Source of the DNA: Parachlamydiales bacterium
GTDB lineage: Bacteria; Chlamydiota; Chlamydiia; Chlamydiales; SM23-39
Direction: 5' to 3'
Assembly (NCBI GenBank): GCA_016931275.1
Contig: JAFGFA010000009.1
Location: forward strand, 7,513 to 71,512
Length of the DNA stretch: 64,000 nt
The notes beneath the pieces were generated by a model. The model saw only the letters and a program-made list of their open reading frames with translations, was not told the origin of the DNA and searched no databases. Below are positions 48,682 to 57,804 of the stretch, one piece after another. How positions within the stretch are numbered: position 1 is the first letter of the stretch; each line of letters opens with the position of its first letter. The position numbers and the translations under genes are program-made.

Positions 48682-50856
48682 TTATATCCCCTCTGCTTGT
48701 ATTAAAGTCTTATACAGGGGCGACTTTTCCATAAGCTCCTCGTGCTTTCCCCGTTCTACGATCTTGCCTTTGTCCAATACAATAATTTCATCGCAAGCCC
48801 GAACCGTAGAGAGTCTGTGCGCTATAATGATCATGCTACATCCTCTTCGACGAAGATTACGCATGATATCTCGCTCTTTTTCATAATCTAGAGAAGAAGT
48901 CGCTTCATCTAACACTAAAATAGTCGGATTAATCACTAAAGCTCGAGCAATTTCAATTCTCTGCCGTTGTCCACCACTCAAATTTTTTCCTTCTTCTAGT
49001 AATGGAGCATTATAACCTTGTGGGAGAGAGATAATTTCCTCATGAATACAAGCATCCTTGGATGCCTTAACGATATTCTCTTCAGAGATTGTTTCATCCC
49101 ATAAGGTAATGTTATCTTTGATCGTTCCTTCAAATAAAAAAATCGTTTGATCAACAGAAGATAACGAGCGAACACGATGGGCACGATCGATAGCAAAAAG
49201 CGGTTTTCCATCAATCAGAATCTCTCCGCTCCACAGTTCGTACAGTCCCATAATCAACTTGGCTATCGTCGTTTTTCCACATCCCGAAGCTCCAACAAGA
49301 GCAATAGAACTGCCGGGAGAAAGGTTCAGGGAAAAATGATCAATGAGAGGCTGTTTATAGGGATTATAACCGAAAGAAATATCGATCAATTCTAGATGAC
49401 CGCGAAGAGGGGAAGAAAATTCCGAAAGGTTTTCTTGAACCTCATCTATAGAAAGCTCTTCCTTGTTGTCTAAAACATCATCGATACGATGCAGATCTCC
49501 TTTCACCTGCTGAATCGTTTGCCCCAAGCTTATAAACTGACTAAAAGGAGTTAAAAAGCTTATAATAAATACCTGCAACGCCAAAAGCATTCCAATAGAA
49601 AGATTTCCTCTTAACACTTCTATCGAACCAAAATAGAGAAAAAAAGCCGTCGTAATCATTTGCATCAATGGAGGCACCGCCGTTAAAAAAAGATCCTTAA
49701 AATTGATCTCTTGCATAGAAAGAGACGCTTTCGCAAAGTGTCCTGCCCAACGACTGAAAAAATCGTTTTCCATACCGAAGGCTTTTATCGTTTCCATATT
49801 GCGCAAGGCTCCTACAGAGACCCCTATGCTTTTTCCAAAATCCTGCTGAGAACGGGCATAAGCATCTTTTCTAGAACGATTGATCACTAGTAAAGTAAAA
49901 AGGTTGACCCCTGCAGAAGCAATTGCAATTCCCGAAATAGACAAGCTTACCTGGACCATGACAAAGAGATAAAAGACCACAAAAATCAGATTTACTCCCG
50001 CAATCACTATTTGTCCTGTAATTGCCTGGATCACCGTATCATTAGTCAGCAGACGATTGGCAATTTCTGCAGGATATCTTTGCGCAAAAAAACGAATGGG
50101 AAGACGTAAAATATGCCAGAAAAATTTACTCGACAAGGTAATAGAAAGCTTCAGATTCATCAACATTAACACATAGCGCTGTAACCAAGAAAGAGCTCCG
50201 ATCAGCAGCATTGTGACAAAGAGAGCAACAAAAAACATATGATATGAAAAATGTGCCGGCAAAATTTTATCAAAAAATATCTGTGTAAAAATCGGGATCG
50301 ATAATCCGGGAATCACCAATGCAAAAGTGGTAAGAACAATATGAGCCAGAGAAGCAACAACCCCCTTCATTCTTTTTCTCAATGCATCGATAAGGCTAAG
50401 AGGAGTACCGCCTTTTTGAAAACCCTCTCCCGGCTGTAATTCAATAACAATACCGGTAAAGGATTCATCAAATTCTTCGTAAGAAACACTCCTCGGTCCT
50501 GAAGCGGGATCGTTAATAAAAAACTTGCTCCCTCGAAACCCTTCAACCACGACAAAATGATTAAAATTCCAAAACACGATAAAAGGCAAAGGCAAAGAAT
50601 ATAGATCTTGGATCTCTTTGGTATATCCTGCTGCAGTCATTCCCAATTTTTCTGCACCTTTGACCACTTGAAGGGCATTACTGCCATCTCGAGTAACGCC
50701 GCAAATAGTTCTCAATTCTTCTAAAGGCACGAATTTCTTATAAAAGGACAAGACGATGCTTAAAGCCGCTGCTCCGCATTCTACGGCTTCCATTTGAATC
50801 ACTGTAGGAGTTCGGATCCTGTTCCCCAAGAATCTTCTTTTTATCTTCTTCCACAT
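48682..50856 (-). CDS. C39 peptidase-domain ABC transporter (bacteriocin processing and export; NHLP-type first subunit)
   Basis: C39 domain with catalytic Cys27 (TPTVIQMEAVECGAAAL), His (NHFVVVEG) and Asp (INDPASG). Type-1 exporter TMD. Walker A GASGCGKTT, LSGGQRQR, ILVLDEATSSLD. Confidence 0.9.
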   Translation of the reverse strand: MWKKIKRRFLGNRIRTPTVIQMEAVECGAAALSIVLSFYKKFVPLEELRTICGVTRDGSNALQVVKGAEKLGMTAAGYTKEIQDLYSLPLPFIVFWNFNHFVVVEGFRGSKFFINDPASGPRSVSYEEFDESFTGIVIELQPGEGFQKGGTPLSLIDALRKRMKGVVASLAHIVLTTFALVIPGLSIPIFTQIFFDKILPAHFSYHMFFVALFVTMLLIGALSWLQRYVLMLMNLKLSITLSSKFFWHILRLPIRFFAQRYPAEIANRLLTNDTVIQAITGQIVIAGVNLIFVVFYLFVMVQVSLSISGIAIASAGVNLFTLLVINRSRKDAYARSQQDFGKSIGVSVGALRNMETIKAFGMENDFFSRWAGHFAKASLSMQEINFKDLFLTAVPPLMQMITTAFFLYFGSIEVLRGNLSIGMLLALQVFIISFLTPFSQFISLGQTIQQVKGDLHRIDDVLDNKEELSIDEVQENLSEFSSPLRGHLELIDISFGYNPYKQPLIDHFSLNLSPGSSIALVGASGCGKTTIAKLIMGLYELWSGEILIDGKPLFAIDRAHRVRSLSSVDQTIFLFEGTIKDNITLWDETISEENIVKASKDACIHEEIISLPQGYNAPLLEEGKNLSGGQRQRIEIARALVINPTILVLDEATSSLDYEKERDIMRNLRRRGCSMIIIAHRLSTVRACDEIIVLDKGKIVERGKHEELMEKSPLYKTLIQAEGI

Positions 50857-50859
50857 ATC

Positions 50860-51744
50860 TTATTTAACTTTTATATCATGAGATAAAGCATCGTTTCTAT
50901 CGGCCCAAAAAGGTAACAAATAGGAAAAGGGATGTCTTTGTTCTATGATCACCTCAAGAGTGACGAAACTCCCCAGAGGGATTTCCTCTTTTTTAGGCCC
51001 CTTGCCTGATGTCCAAAGAAATTCATCTGCAGCTATTGAAGAAGGCACAGGACGCACAATGACAGGAAGTAAAGGAGTATTTGCAATCATATGTTCTATA
51101 TAAGTCTGATTAAGATAAATACTTTTAAAATAGCTTTCCGTTGCGGGAAGATAAGAAATTTTCTCAACAACCGCTTCGATTCCTCCATATAGCCCTCGAG
51201 CAATACCCCACGGATAGACTCGCACACTCATTCCCTCTTTGACCTGATCTCCGAGTTTAGGAGGAAGAAAACAATAAAATCGGTCTTCCCCTTCTTCTTT
51301 TCTTCCTAATTGCAAAGAGGCAATGACAGCATCTACTGTAGCCCGATTTCCCTTCCCTTGATAAATGTCGATTACAAGTCCCGCATAGGGGGTTCTAATT
51401 TCTGTTTCTTTGCTCGCATTTTTATCCCATAGAACGGCGATCACCTGCCCCTTATCGACCCGATCTCCTAAGGTTACAGGAATACGCAAAATATCTCCTT
51501 CAATAGGACTGGAAATATGATGGAAACGGGTAAAATCAAGATAGATCCCTTCTCCGACAGCCAGAGTATTAATCGTCCCAAAAAGTGCCCATAAAACACC
51601 GAAGACAATGATGAAGGACAAAACTATTAATGCAATCCATGCCTTGGGCTTCACGACATGCAACAAAGTATCTAATTGTTCGGGAGAATATAACTTTTTC
51701 AAGGCCGATTTACGAAAAATAGGAGATGTTTTTTCATGATCCAT
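50860..51744 (-). CDS. HlyD-family secretion adaptor, NHLP bacteriocin-system type, hairpin-less
   Basis: N-terminus FRKSALKKLYSPEQLD followed by a TM, as in NHLP-system HlyD proteins. The lipoyl halves (SPIEGDILRIPVTLGDRV.. and IRTPYAGLVIDI) are separated by only about 10 residues. Confidence 0.8.
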   Translation of the reverse strand: MDHEKTSPIFRKSALKKLYSPEQLDTLLHVVKPKAWIALIVLSFIIVFGVLWALFGTINTLAVGEGIYLDFTRFHHISSPIEGDILRIPVTLGDRVDKGQVIAVLWDKNASKETEIRTPYAGLVIDIYQGKGNRATVDAVIASLQLGRKEEGEDRFYCFLPPKLGDQVKEGMSVRVYPWGIARGLYGGIEAVVEKISYLPATESYFKSIYLNQTYIEHMIANTPLLPVIVRPVPSSIAADEFLWTSGKGPKKEEIPLGSFVTLEVIIEQRHPFSYLLPFWADRNDALSHDIKVK

Positions 51745-51802
51745 AGAAATGTGAGCTCCTTAAGCTCACAATAGTCAAATCTGTGAAGAATATCAAATAT
51801 TT

Positions 51803-51985
51803 TTACAAATTATGCGTCAATGCATAATAAATCACATATATCCAAGAGAGAAAACCATGAATGATCGCCCATATCAAGGACTTGTTTACAGTATAAGAGA
51901 CGACCATTGCCAGAGCAGAACCAAAAGAAATTCCCTCGCGAATAAAATATTTTCTATAAAAACAACCTTTTTCCATTTTGCTCAT
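51803..51985 (-). CDS. small conserved two-TM membrane protein
   Basis: The start at MSKMEKG (51985) avoids overlap with the RND gene. The core ISFGSALAMVVSYTVNKSLIWAIIHGFLSWIYVIYYAL resembles a widespread small-protein family of unknown function. Confidence 0.55.
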   Translation of the reverse strand: MSKMEKGCFYRKYFIREGISFGSALAMVVSYTVNKSLIWAIIHGFLSWIYVIYYALTHNL

Positions 51986-51992
51986 TCCTTTT

Positions 51993-54900
51993 TTAGAGAA
52001 CATCCATAGATTGCGATCCCCCACCTTTTTTTGATGAGAAAAAACGAGAAAAAACCCGTTTTATTTTTTCTATATAATAAAACACTATAGGCGTCAATAC
52101 AAAGGTGAAAAGAATCGAGGCGAGCATCCCCCCCATCATAACAGCTCCCATAGAAGATTTTGTCTCTTCAATGGCGTGAAGCTGAGGAACGACACCAAAA
52201 ACAATTGCCAAAGAGGTCATTAAAATCATTTGGAAACGCTCTTTGCTCGCTTCCCATAATGCCTGTTTCAAATCCAGAGCAGCCATTTTTTGAATAGTGC
52301 TGTCGACCAACAAAATAGAATTGTTCACAACAAGCCCCACTAACATAACCATCCCAAGCATAGAAGCGATATTAATAGATTCTTCCAAAAAGAAAAGAGT
52401 ATAATACACCCCAATAAAAGATGTTGCCACAGAAAGGATAATCGATATTGGATAAGAAAAAGAGTTTAAAAGGGCCGCCAGTAACATATAAGTTAAAACT
52501 ACAGCGAGGAAAAATGCTTTTACAATTTCCAATGCAGATTCTCTTTGTGTCTCATCAGCTCCAGAAAAAACATACCAGGCATCTTCTGTTGTAAGATCCT
52601 TAAATTCTTTTTCTAATATCTTCTTCATATGAGAGGGATTCGATTTTCCTAACATGCCATCGAGTTTAATCACTCTTTGTTTATCCTCATGGACAATAGG
52701 AGGAACTGCCTCTCTTTTTTCTATTCTTCCCAACGATGTAATGGGCAAAAGTCCGTTTCTAGTAATCAAATGAATCTGATGAATATCATCCAGTCCTCGG
52801 ACATATCGGTCATTCATTTTGACAGAAATATTATATTCTTTTCCTCCTTCTTTATAAATATTGTTGTCATCTCCATAAAGAGCTGTTCGTAATGCAGCAC
52901 CCACTTGAACATCCCGAATCCCGTTCTCTAAAAGGGTTGAAGTATTTGGTAAAAAACATAATTCTTTTTTAGGCTTTTTATAAGAGGAAGAAATAGATTG
53001 AAAATATCCCGTGGCAATCATTTTATCTTCCATTTTTTGAGAAAGATCGATCATTTTATCATAATCATTCCCATAAATCGCTAATGTCATATCTCCTTCA
53101 TCAAATCCTTTCTGCGCACCTCGAATAATAGAAACGTCCAAGTCGGCAATCTGCGAAAGCTTGGAAATAATGCTAGTGATAATTTCTGTATCCTTTCTCT
53201 TTCTTTTCTCTCTAGAAGACAAATGGACCGTCACGGAAGAATTTTCAGCCCCCTTAATCCCAACAAGGGAAATATAGGATTCAAGTTCCGGAATATTCCG
53301 AACAATCTCTTCAACGCGCTGCGTCAACGAAAGAGTATAATCCAGAGAAGATCCCTGTGGGGTCTGTGATTTGATGATAAATTTATCTTCATCAGAACGA
53401 GGAAAAAAATTCCCTGAGATATAAGGGGTCACATATCGAACAGACACAAAAAAGATCAGGACAGCTACAACTGTCCATTTTGGAAACCGAAAAATAAAAT
53501 GAAATAATTTTTCATACTTTTTTATTAAGAATTCCACTGTTCTTCGAAGAGGAACAAACCGGGTAGGCTTAGCATTTTTTAATAAATAACAACATAACAT
53601 GGGCGTTAAAATAAATGAGACCACCAGGGAAAAAATCGTAACAAACACAACAGTCATCCCAAAAGAAAACATAAAACGGCCGATAATACCTTTCATAAAG
53701 GCAATGGGAAGAAAAACAACTAAGTTCGTCCCTGTAGCAGCAAGAATTGCTGAGGTTACTTCCTTCGTTCCCTGAATTGCGGCATCAAAAGAGTTCTTCC
53801 CTTGTTTCAAATGCAGCCAAAAACTATCGATAATGACGATCGCATTGGAAATAAGAGTTCCTAATGCTGACGCTAAGGCCAAAAGAGTTAAGAAATTAAT
53901 CGTAAAGTCAAAAGCATCCATAAGGAAAAAAGTAGCAATAATAGAAATAGGAATAATCAAAGATGCTATAAAAGTTAATCGCACATTACCGGTAAAGAGA
54001 AATAAAATTACAACTGTCAGAACAATCCCGATCAATATATCCATCTCTGTATTAATATTCTCCCGGATAATGACCTTAGTATTATCCGTCACAATATCCA
54101 AAGACGTATCTGTTGGTAATGATGCTGTAAAGTCTTTCATTTTTCGCTGAATTTGACGGCCGATATTAACTGCATTGCTATCAGAAGATTTTTTAACGGA
54201 AAGAATCAAAGCGTTTTTTCCATTTAGTCGAGCTACTTTTTCTATTTTTTTATATCCATCTTCAATAGTCGCTATGGAAGATAAAGGAACAATCTCTCCG
54301 TTGCGTGTAATTAAAGAAACCTTTGCAATATCTTCCATCGATTCAAATTCCCCCACGAACTTCACATTATAAGAAGCCAGGGTGTTTTCGATTTCTCCGC
54401 TGGGAATATTCATATTCTGCGTCTGCATCATGCCTAGGACATCTTCCGTACTGATATAATGTTCTTTCATAAGCATAGGATCCAGACGAACATTAATTTG
54501 TCTTTCTTGTCCTCCAATGATCTCGACACTGGCAACATCTTTAATAGCCAATAAACGATCTTTCAATGTTTTATCGGCATAATCATACAATGCTTTTTCA
54601 TCTAAAGAGGAACTTGTCAGAGCCATTTCCATAACTGGTTGTACAAAAGGGTCAAATTTTTGAACAATCGGCTTCTGCATCCCCTTAGGAAATTTATTGG
54701 CCAGAGCATCAATCTTATCTTTGACCTCGATAAATTTGGTGTTGGAATCCGCAGAGAGCAAAAATTGCACAAGAACAAGTCCAAAATTTTCATACGATTG
54801 GCTTCGGATTTTTTTGACCTCGGAAAGTTCCGACACAGCATCCTCCACCTTATTGATGACCAAAGATTCCATTTCAGCGGGGGAAGCTCCGGGATAGACA

Positions 54901-55040
54901 AAAGAAATCGTGATCAAAGGAAATTCGACTTTCGGTTGTTTATCTAAATTCAAGTTAAAAAAGGAAACGATTCCCAATATTACCAAAAGAGACACAAACA
55001 TAATAGTCGTTACAGGTCGTTTGACAAAGAACTCAATCAT
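51993..55040 (-). CDS. RND efflux pump inner-membrane component (AcrB/HAE1-like)
   Basis: 1015 aa, N-terminus MIEFFVKRPVTTIMFVSLLVILG, 12-TM plus two large periplasmic loops. Confidence 0.92.
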   Translation of the reverse strand: MIEFFVKRPVTTIMFVSLLVILGIVSFFNLNLDKQPKVEFPLITISFVYPGASPAEMESLVINKVEDAVSELSEVKKIRSQSYENFGLVLVQFLLSADSNTKFIEVKDKIDALANKFPKGMQKPIVQKFDPFVQPVMEMALTSSSLDEKALYDYADKTLKDRLLAIKDVASVEIIGGQERQINVRLDPMLMKEHYISTEDVLGMMQTQNMNIPSGEIENTLASYNVKFVGEFESMEDIAKVSLITRNGEIVPLSSIATIEDGYKKIEKVARLNGKNALILSVKKSSDSNAVNIGRQIQRKMKDFTASLPTDTSLDIVTDNTKVIIRENINTEMDILIGIVLTVVILFLFTGNVRLTFIASLIIPISIIATFFLMDAFDFTINFLTLLALASALGTLISNAIVIIDSFWLHLKQGKNSFDAAIQGTKEVTSAILAATGTNLVVFLPIAFMKGIIGRFMFSFGMTVVFVTIFSLVVSFILTPMLCCYLLKNAKPTRFVPLRRTVEFLIKKYEKLFHFIFRFPKWTVVAVLIFFVSVRYVTPYISGNFFPRSDEDKFIIKSQTPQGSSLDYTLSLTQRVEEIVRNIPELESYISLVGIKGAENSSVTVHLSSREKRKRKDTEIITSIISKLSQIADLDVSIIRGAQKGFDEGDMTLAIYGNDYDKMIDLSQKMEDKMIATGYFQSISSSYKKPKKELCFLPNTSTLLENGIRDVQVGAALRTALYGDDNNIYKEGGKEYNISVKMNDRYVRGLDDIHQIHLITRNGLLPITSLGRIEKREAVPPIVHEDKQRVIKLDGMLGKSNPSHMKKILEKEFKDLTTEDAWYVFSGADETQRESALEIVKAFFLAVVLTYMLLAALLNSFSYPISIILSVATSFIGVYYTLFFLEESINIASMLGMVMLVGLVVNNSILLVDSTIQKMAALDLKQALWEASKERFQMILMTSLAIVFGVVPQLHAIEETKSSMGAVMMGGMLASILFTFVLTPIVFYYIEKIKRVFSRFFSSKKGGGSQSMDVL

Positions 55041-55043
55041 TTT

Positions 55044-55721
55044 TTACTCCTCACCATATATGTGAATTTTTTCTTTATGATTCAAATATTTTCCTCCTTG
55101 GATTACCACAAGGTCTCCCTCTTCGAGTCCTCTCTGAATCACCATGGTTTCACCATTCTCTTTGCCACAAACCACATAGGTCTTAAGGCAATGACCATCT
55201 TTCACAACCCATGTATAGGCAAGATTTTTTTCTCTATAGACCGCTTCGATCGGTAAAACAATCGATTGAGAACCGTGAGGGTTCGACAAGTCCGCAATAA
55301 ACGTCCCCGAAGGCAATTCGCTCTGCAAAGGAAAAAGCCCTTCGACACGAAATAAGCCTTTTGCGCGATCCAAACTCTCGCTCAAAAAAGTAATCTCTCC
55401 GATAATCGGACGTTTATCTCGATACAATAGAACACGAGTATCATTTTTAATTTGTTCGCTCATCTCCTGCGAAACATAGGCATAAAATTTATTATCGGCA
55501 ATACTGGTAATAGTCAGAGGAACAGTCGTAGAAACATCGGACAAACGGATCTGTAACACTTTTACGGGCTTTCCTAATTTTTGCCGCTCTCCAGAAAAGC
55601 TCACAATAGGCTGTTCATTTTTAGTGATAATGCTTTTTTGCTTACCCCTTACTAATCCAATAAACAAAAGGATTAACAAGAAACATAAGAATGTGTTTAG
55701 CAACTTTTTACTCATGGGCAT
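55044..55721 (-). CDS. truncated-architecture RND periplasmic adaptor (MFP) lacking hairpin and lipoyl regions
   Basis: 225 aa. N-terminal TM, then beta-barrel/membrane-proximal-like sequence ending GLEEGDLVVIQG. Positioned between the OMF and RND genes. Confidence 0.65.
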   Translation of the reverse strand: MPMSKKLLNTFLCFLLILLFIGLVRGKQKSIITKNEQPIVSFSGERQKLGKPVKVLQIRLSDVSTTVPLTITSIADNKFYAYVSQEMSEQIKNDTRVLLYRDKRPIIGEITFLSESLDRAKGLFRVEGLFPLQSELPSGTFIADLSNPHGSQSIVLPIEAVYREKNLAYTWVVKDGHCLKTYVVCGKENGETMVIQRGLEEGDLVVIQGGKYLNHKEKIHIYGEE

Positions 55722-57012
55722 ATTCTCTCCCTGTCAGCATTTCAATTTTCGCAAGAGCGACATTCAACTTAAACAAGGTCGTCGCCGTCTTCATCTTCTG
55801 ACTAGTAAGCATCATTTCCGCATCATTTAAGTCCGTAAGTGATATTTGTCCCGACTTCAGAAGTTCTTGACTCATGATAAAGGATTGTTGCGCTAAAGAA
55901 AGCGCTTCTTTTTGGGCAGGCAACACTTTAATTAATTCATTATATTCCAAGAGGCTTTTTTCCAACTCAAGAGTAAGCTGTTTGTGGATCTTCTTATACG
56001 AAAGTTCTGTATTCATTTGATCCATTCGAGCCTGTTTCACTTTAAACATCGTCGTAATACTAGTCGTCAAAGGGACCTGCAAGTTAATTCCTACCGTAGC
56101 ATAATAGCGCAAAAAGACATCTCCTACATAAAAATCATCGTTGCTAGCCCCTTTGTAATTATAACGCGCAAAACCGGAAAGCGTCGGATAATAATAGGCT
56201 TTTTTGTTTTTCACAAAATATTCTTGCCCTTCTGACACAAGTTTCATCGCTTTCAATAAGGGATGATTGGCCAACATTTGCGATAACGCTTCATCCGAAT
56301 CTACAAAAGGATATACTTCAGGATATTCTGAGGACAACTCTATGGACCCGACAGGTTCCATTCCCAACTGTTTTTTCAACGTCTCCGTTGCCGTATTATA
56401 AGAAGTTTCCGCACTGGCAATCATGGGAACTCGGGCCGCAATATCGGCATCGATTTTAATATTGTCTCGTTTCGATACTCTCCCTTCGCGAGATCGTTGA
56501 AACAAAATTTCCTTATTTCTTCTCGTACTATTATAGGATTGCTGCATTACGTCTAACATTTCATGCGCACAAAGGACGTTATAATACATAACTTTTGTAG
56601 AAAAAAGAACCTCTTGCCTTGTATTCTCTTTTTGAAATACCGCCGCTTGCTCCATTTTTTTAGACCCTTTTAATAAGGAAGAAATTTTCCCAAAAGTAGT
56701 AATAATCTGATTCGCACTAATCCCATAATCTAGAGTAAAATCCCTTATGGAAGCAGAATGAGGCATATCTTTCGGATATTTAAAATTTCTAACCCAAGTG
56801 ACATCTCCTGCAACTTGAGGAAGCAGTGTCGATTGTATTTCTCGATATTGAGCAATGCTCTTATCTACATCGTTCACTTTAATCTGATATTCCTCATTTT
56901 CATCTACGGCCATCTCTAAAGCTTTTTGAAGAGATAGGGAAGAAAGATCGTCATTTCCCCATAAGGGAAAAACAAAACACATTAATAAACATGTATGAAC
57001 TATTTTGGACAT
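55708..57012 (-). CDS. TolC-family outer membrane efflux protein
   Basis: Signal peptide, two OEP repeats with long helical segments. Confidence 0.85.
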   Translation of the reverse strand: MSKIVHTCLLMCFVFPLWGNDDLSSLSLQKALEMAVDENEEYQIKVNDVDKSIAQYREIQSTLLPQVAGDVTWVRNFKYPKDMPHSASIRDFTLDYGISANQIITTFGKISSLLKGSKKMEQAAVFQKENTRQEVLFSTKVMYYNVLCAHEMLDVMQQSYNSTRRNKEILFQRSREGRVSKRDNIKIDADIAARVPMIASAETSYNTATETLKKQLGMEPVGSIELSSEYPEVYPFVDSDEALSQMLANHPLLKAMKLVSEGQEYFVKNKKAYYYPTLSGFARYNYKGASNDDFYVGDVFLRYYATVGINLQVPLTTSITTMFKVKQARMDQMNTELSYKKIHKQLTLELEKSLLEYNELIKVLPAQKEALSLAQQSFIMSQELLKSGQISLTDLNDAEMMLTSQKMKTATTLFKLNVALAKIEMLTGREYAHE

Positions 57013-57650
57013 TGTAATGATTCCTGTAAGGTATGCAAATGAAACTTATATATGTTAGTCAACTTGTTAAAATTCTGACTATTCAATGAAAGGGGCACTC
57101 CTATTAAGATGGAATGAAAGATATAACTCAAGTCCTGTGCCGAAAACTTATTAGAGAAAACATTTGCTTTCTGAGCCTGCTGAATTAATTCCCGAAACAC
57201 TTCTCGTAGCGGAATAATAGTAATCGTATCAATCGCCTCATAATGAGGAAATAAAATCTTTTTCTCAAGAACATCTAATTGCTCTATCTGCGGAATGTTT
57301 TGTTTCCATTCAAACAAGACCCCTACTACTTCAAAAAATAAATAGGGATGAGTAATTTTTTTTTCGAAAAGCTCGAACAACAATTCAATTTTCTTAAGAG
57401 GAGCCAGATGTTTTTCTCTATAAAAAAGGATCCATAACATTTCTAAATGTTGTGTTAGGGTAAAATAACAAATAACATCGATTTTTTGAGGAAAATAATT
57501 ATAAAAGGTCGCCTCAGAGACTCCTACTTCTTCACAAATCTCTTTAATGGAAATGGCGGAAAATCTCACGGAATAAAGCTTCTGTATGAACGCTTTTGTC
57601 AACGCTAATTTTGTCTCGATTATTTTTCTTTTTCGCAATGTTATTGTCAT
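57000..57650 (-). CDS. TetR/AcrR family transcriptional regulator
   Basis: N-terminal HTH (FSAISIKEICEEVGVSEATFYNYFPQK). 13-nt overlap with the OMF gene. Confidence 0.88.
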   Translation of the reverse strand: MTITLRKRKIIETKLALTKAFIQKLYSVRFSAISIKEICEEVGVSEATFYNYFPQKIDVICYFTLTQHLEMLWILFYREKHLAPLKKIELLFELFEKKITHPYLFFEVVGVLFEWKQNIPQIEQLDVLEKKILFPHYEAIDTITIIPLREVFRELIQQAQKANVFSNKFSAQDLSYIFHSILIGVPLSLNSQNFNKLTNIYKFHLHTLQESLQCPK

Positions 57651-57688
57651 CCTAACTACTCTATCGTTGAAACAGAAAATCTAAATTT

Positions 57689-57714
57689 AGTTAACTCTAT
57701 TTTTAGAGTCAACT
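57689..57714. promoter_or_regulatory. candidate TetR operator (imperfect palindrome)
   Basis: AGTTAACTCTA-tttt-TAGAGTcAACT, with 10 of 11 positions complementary. It lies 39-64 nt upstream of the tetR-like start. Confidence 0.4.
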
Positions 57715-57804
57715 CTAAAATTTTCTCTATACTCCTCTGACAAAGAACAAATACTGTTCCTTTTAAGAAAAATGAAGCTTATTGCCAAACCACTTATTAA
57801 CTTT

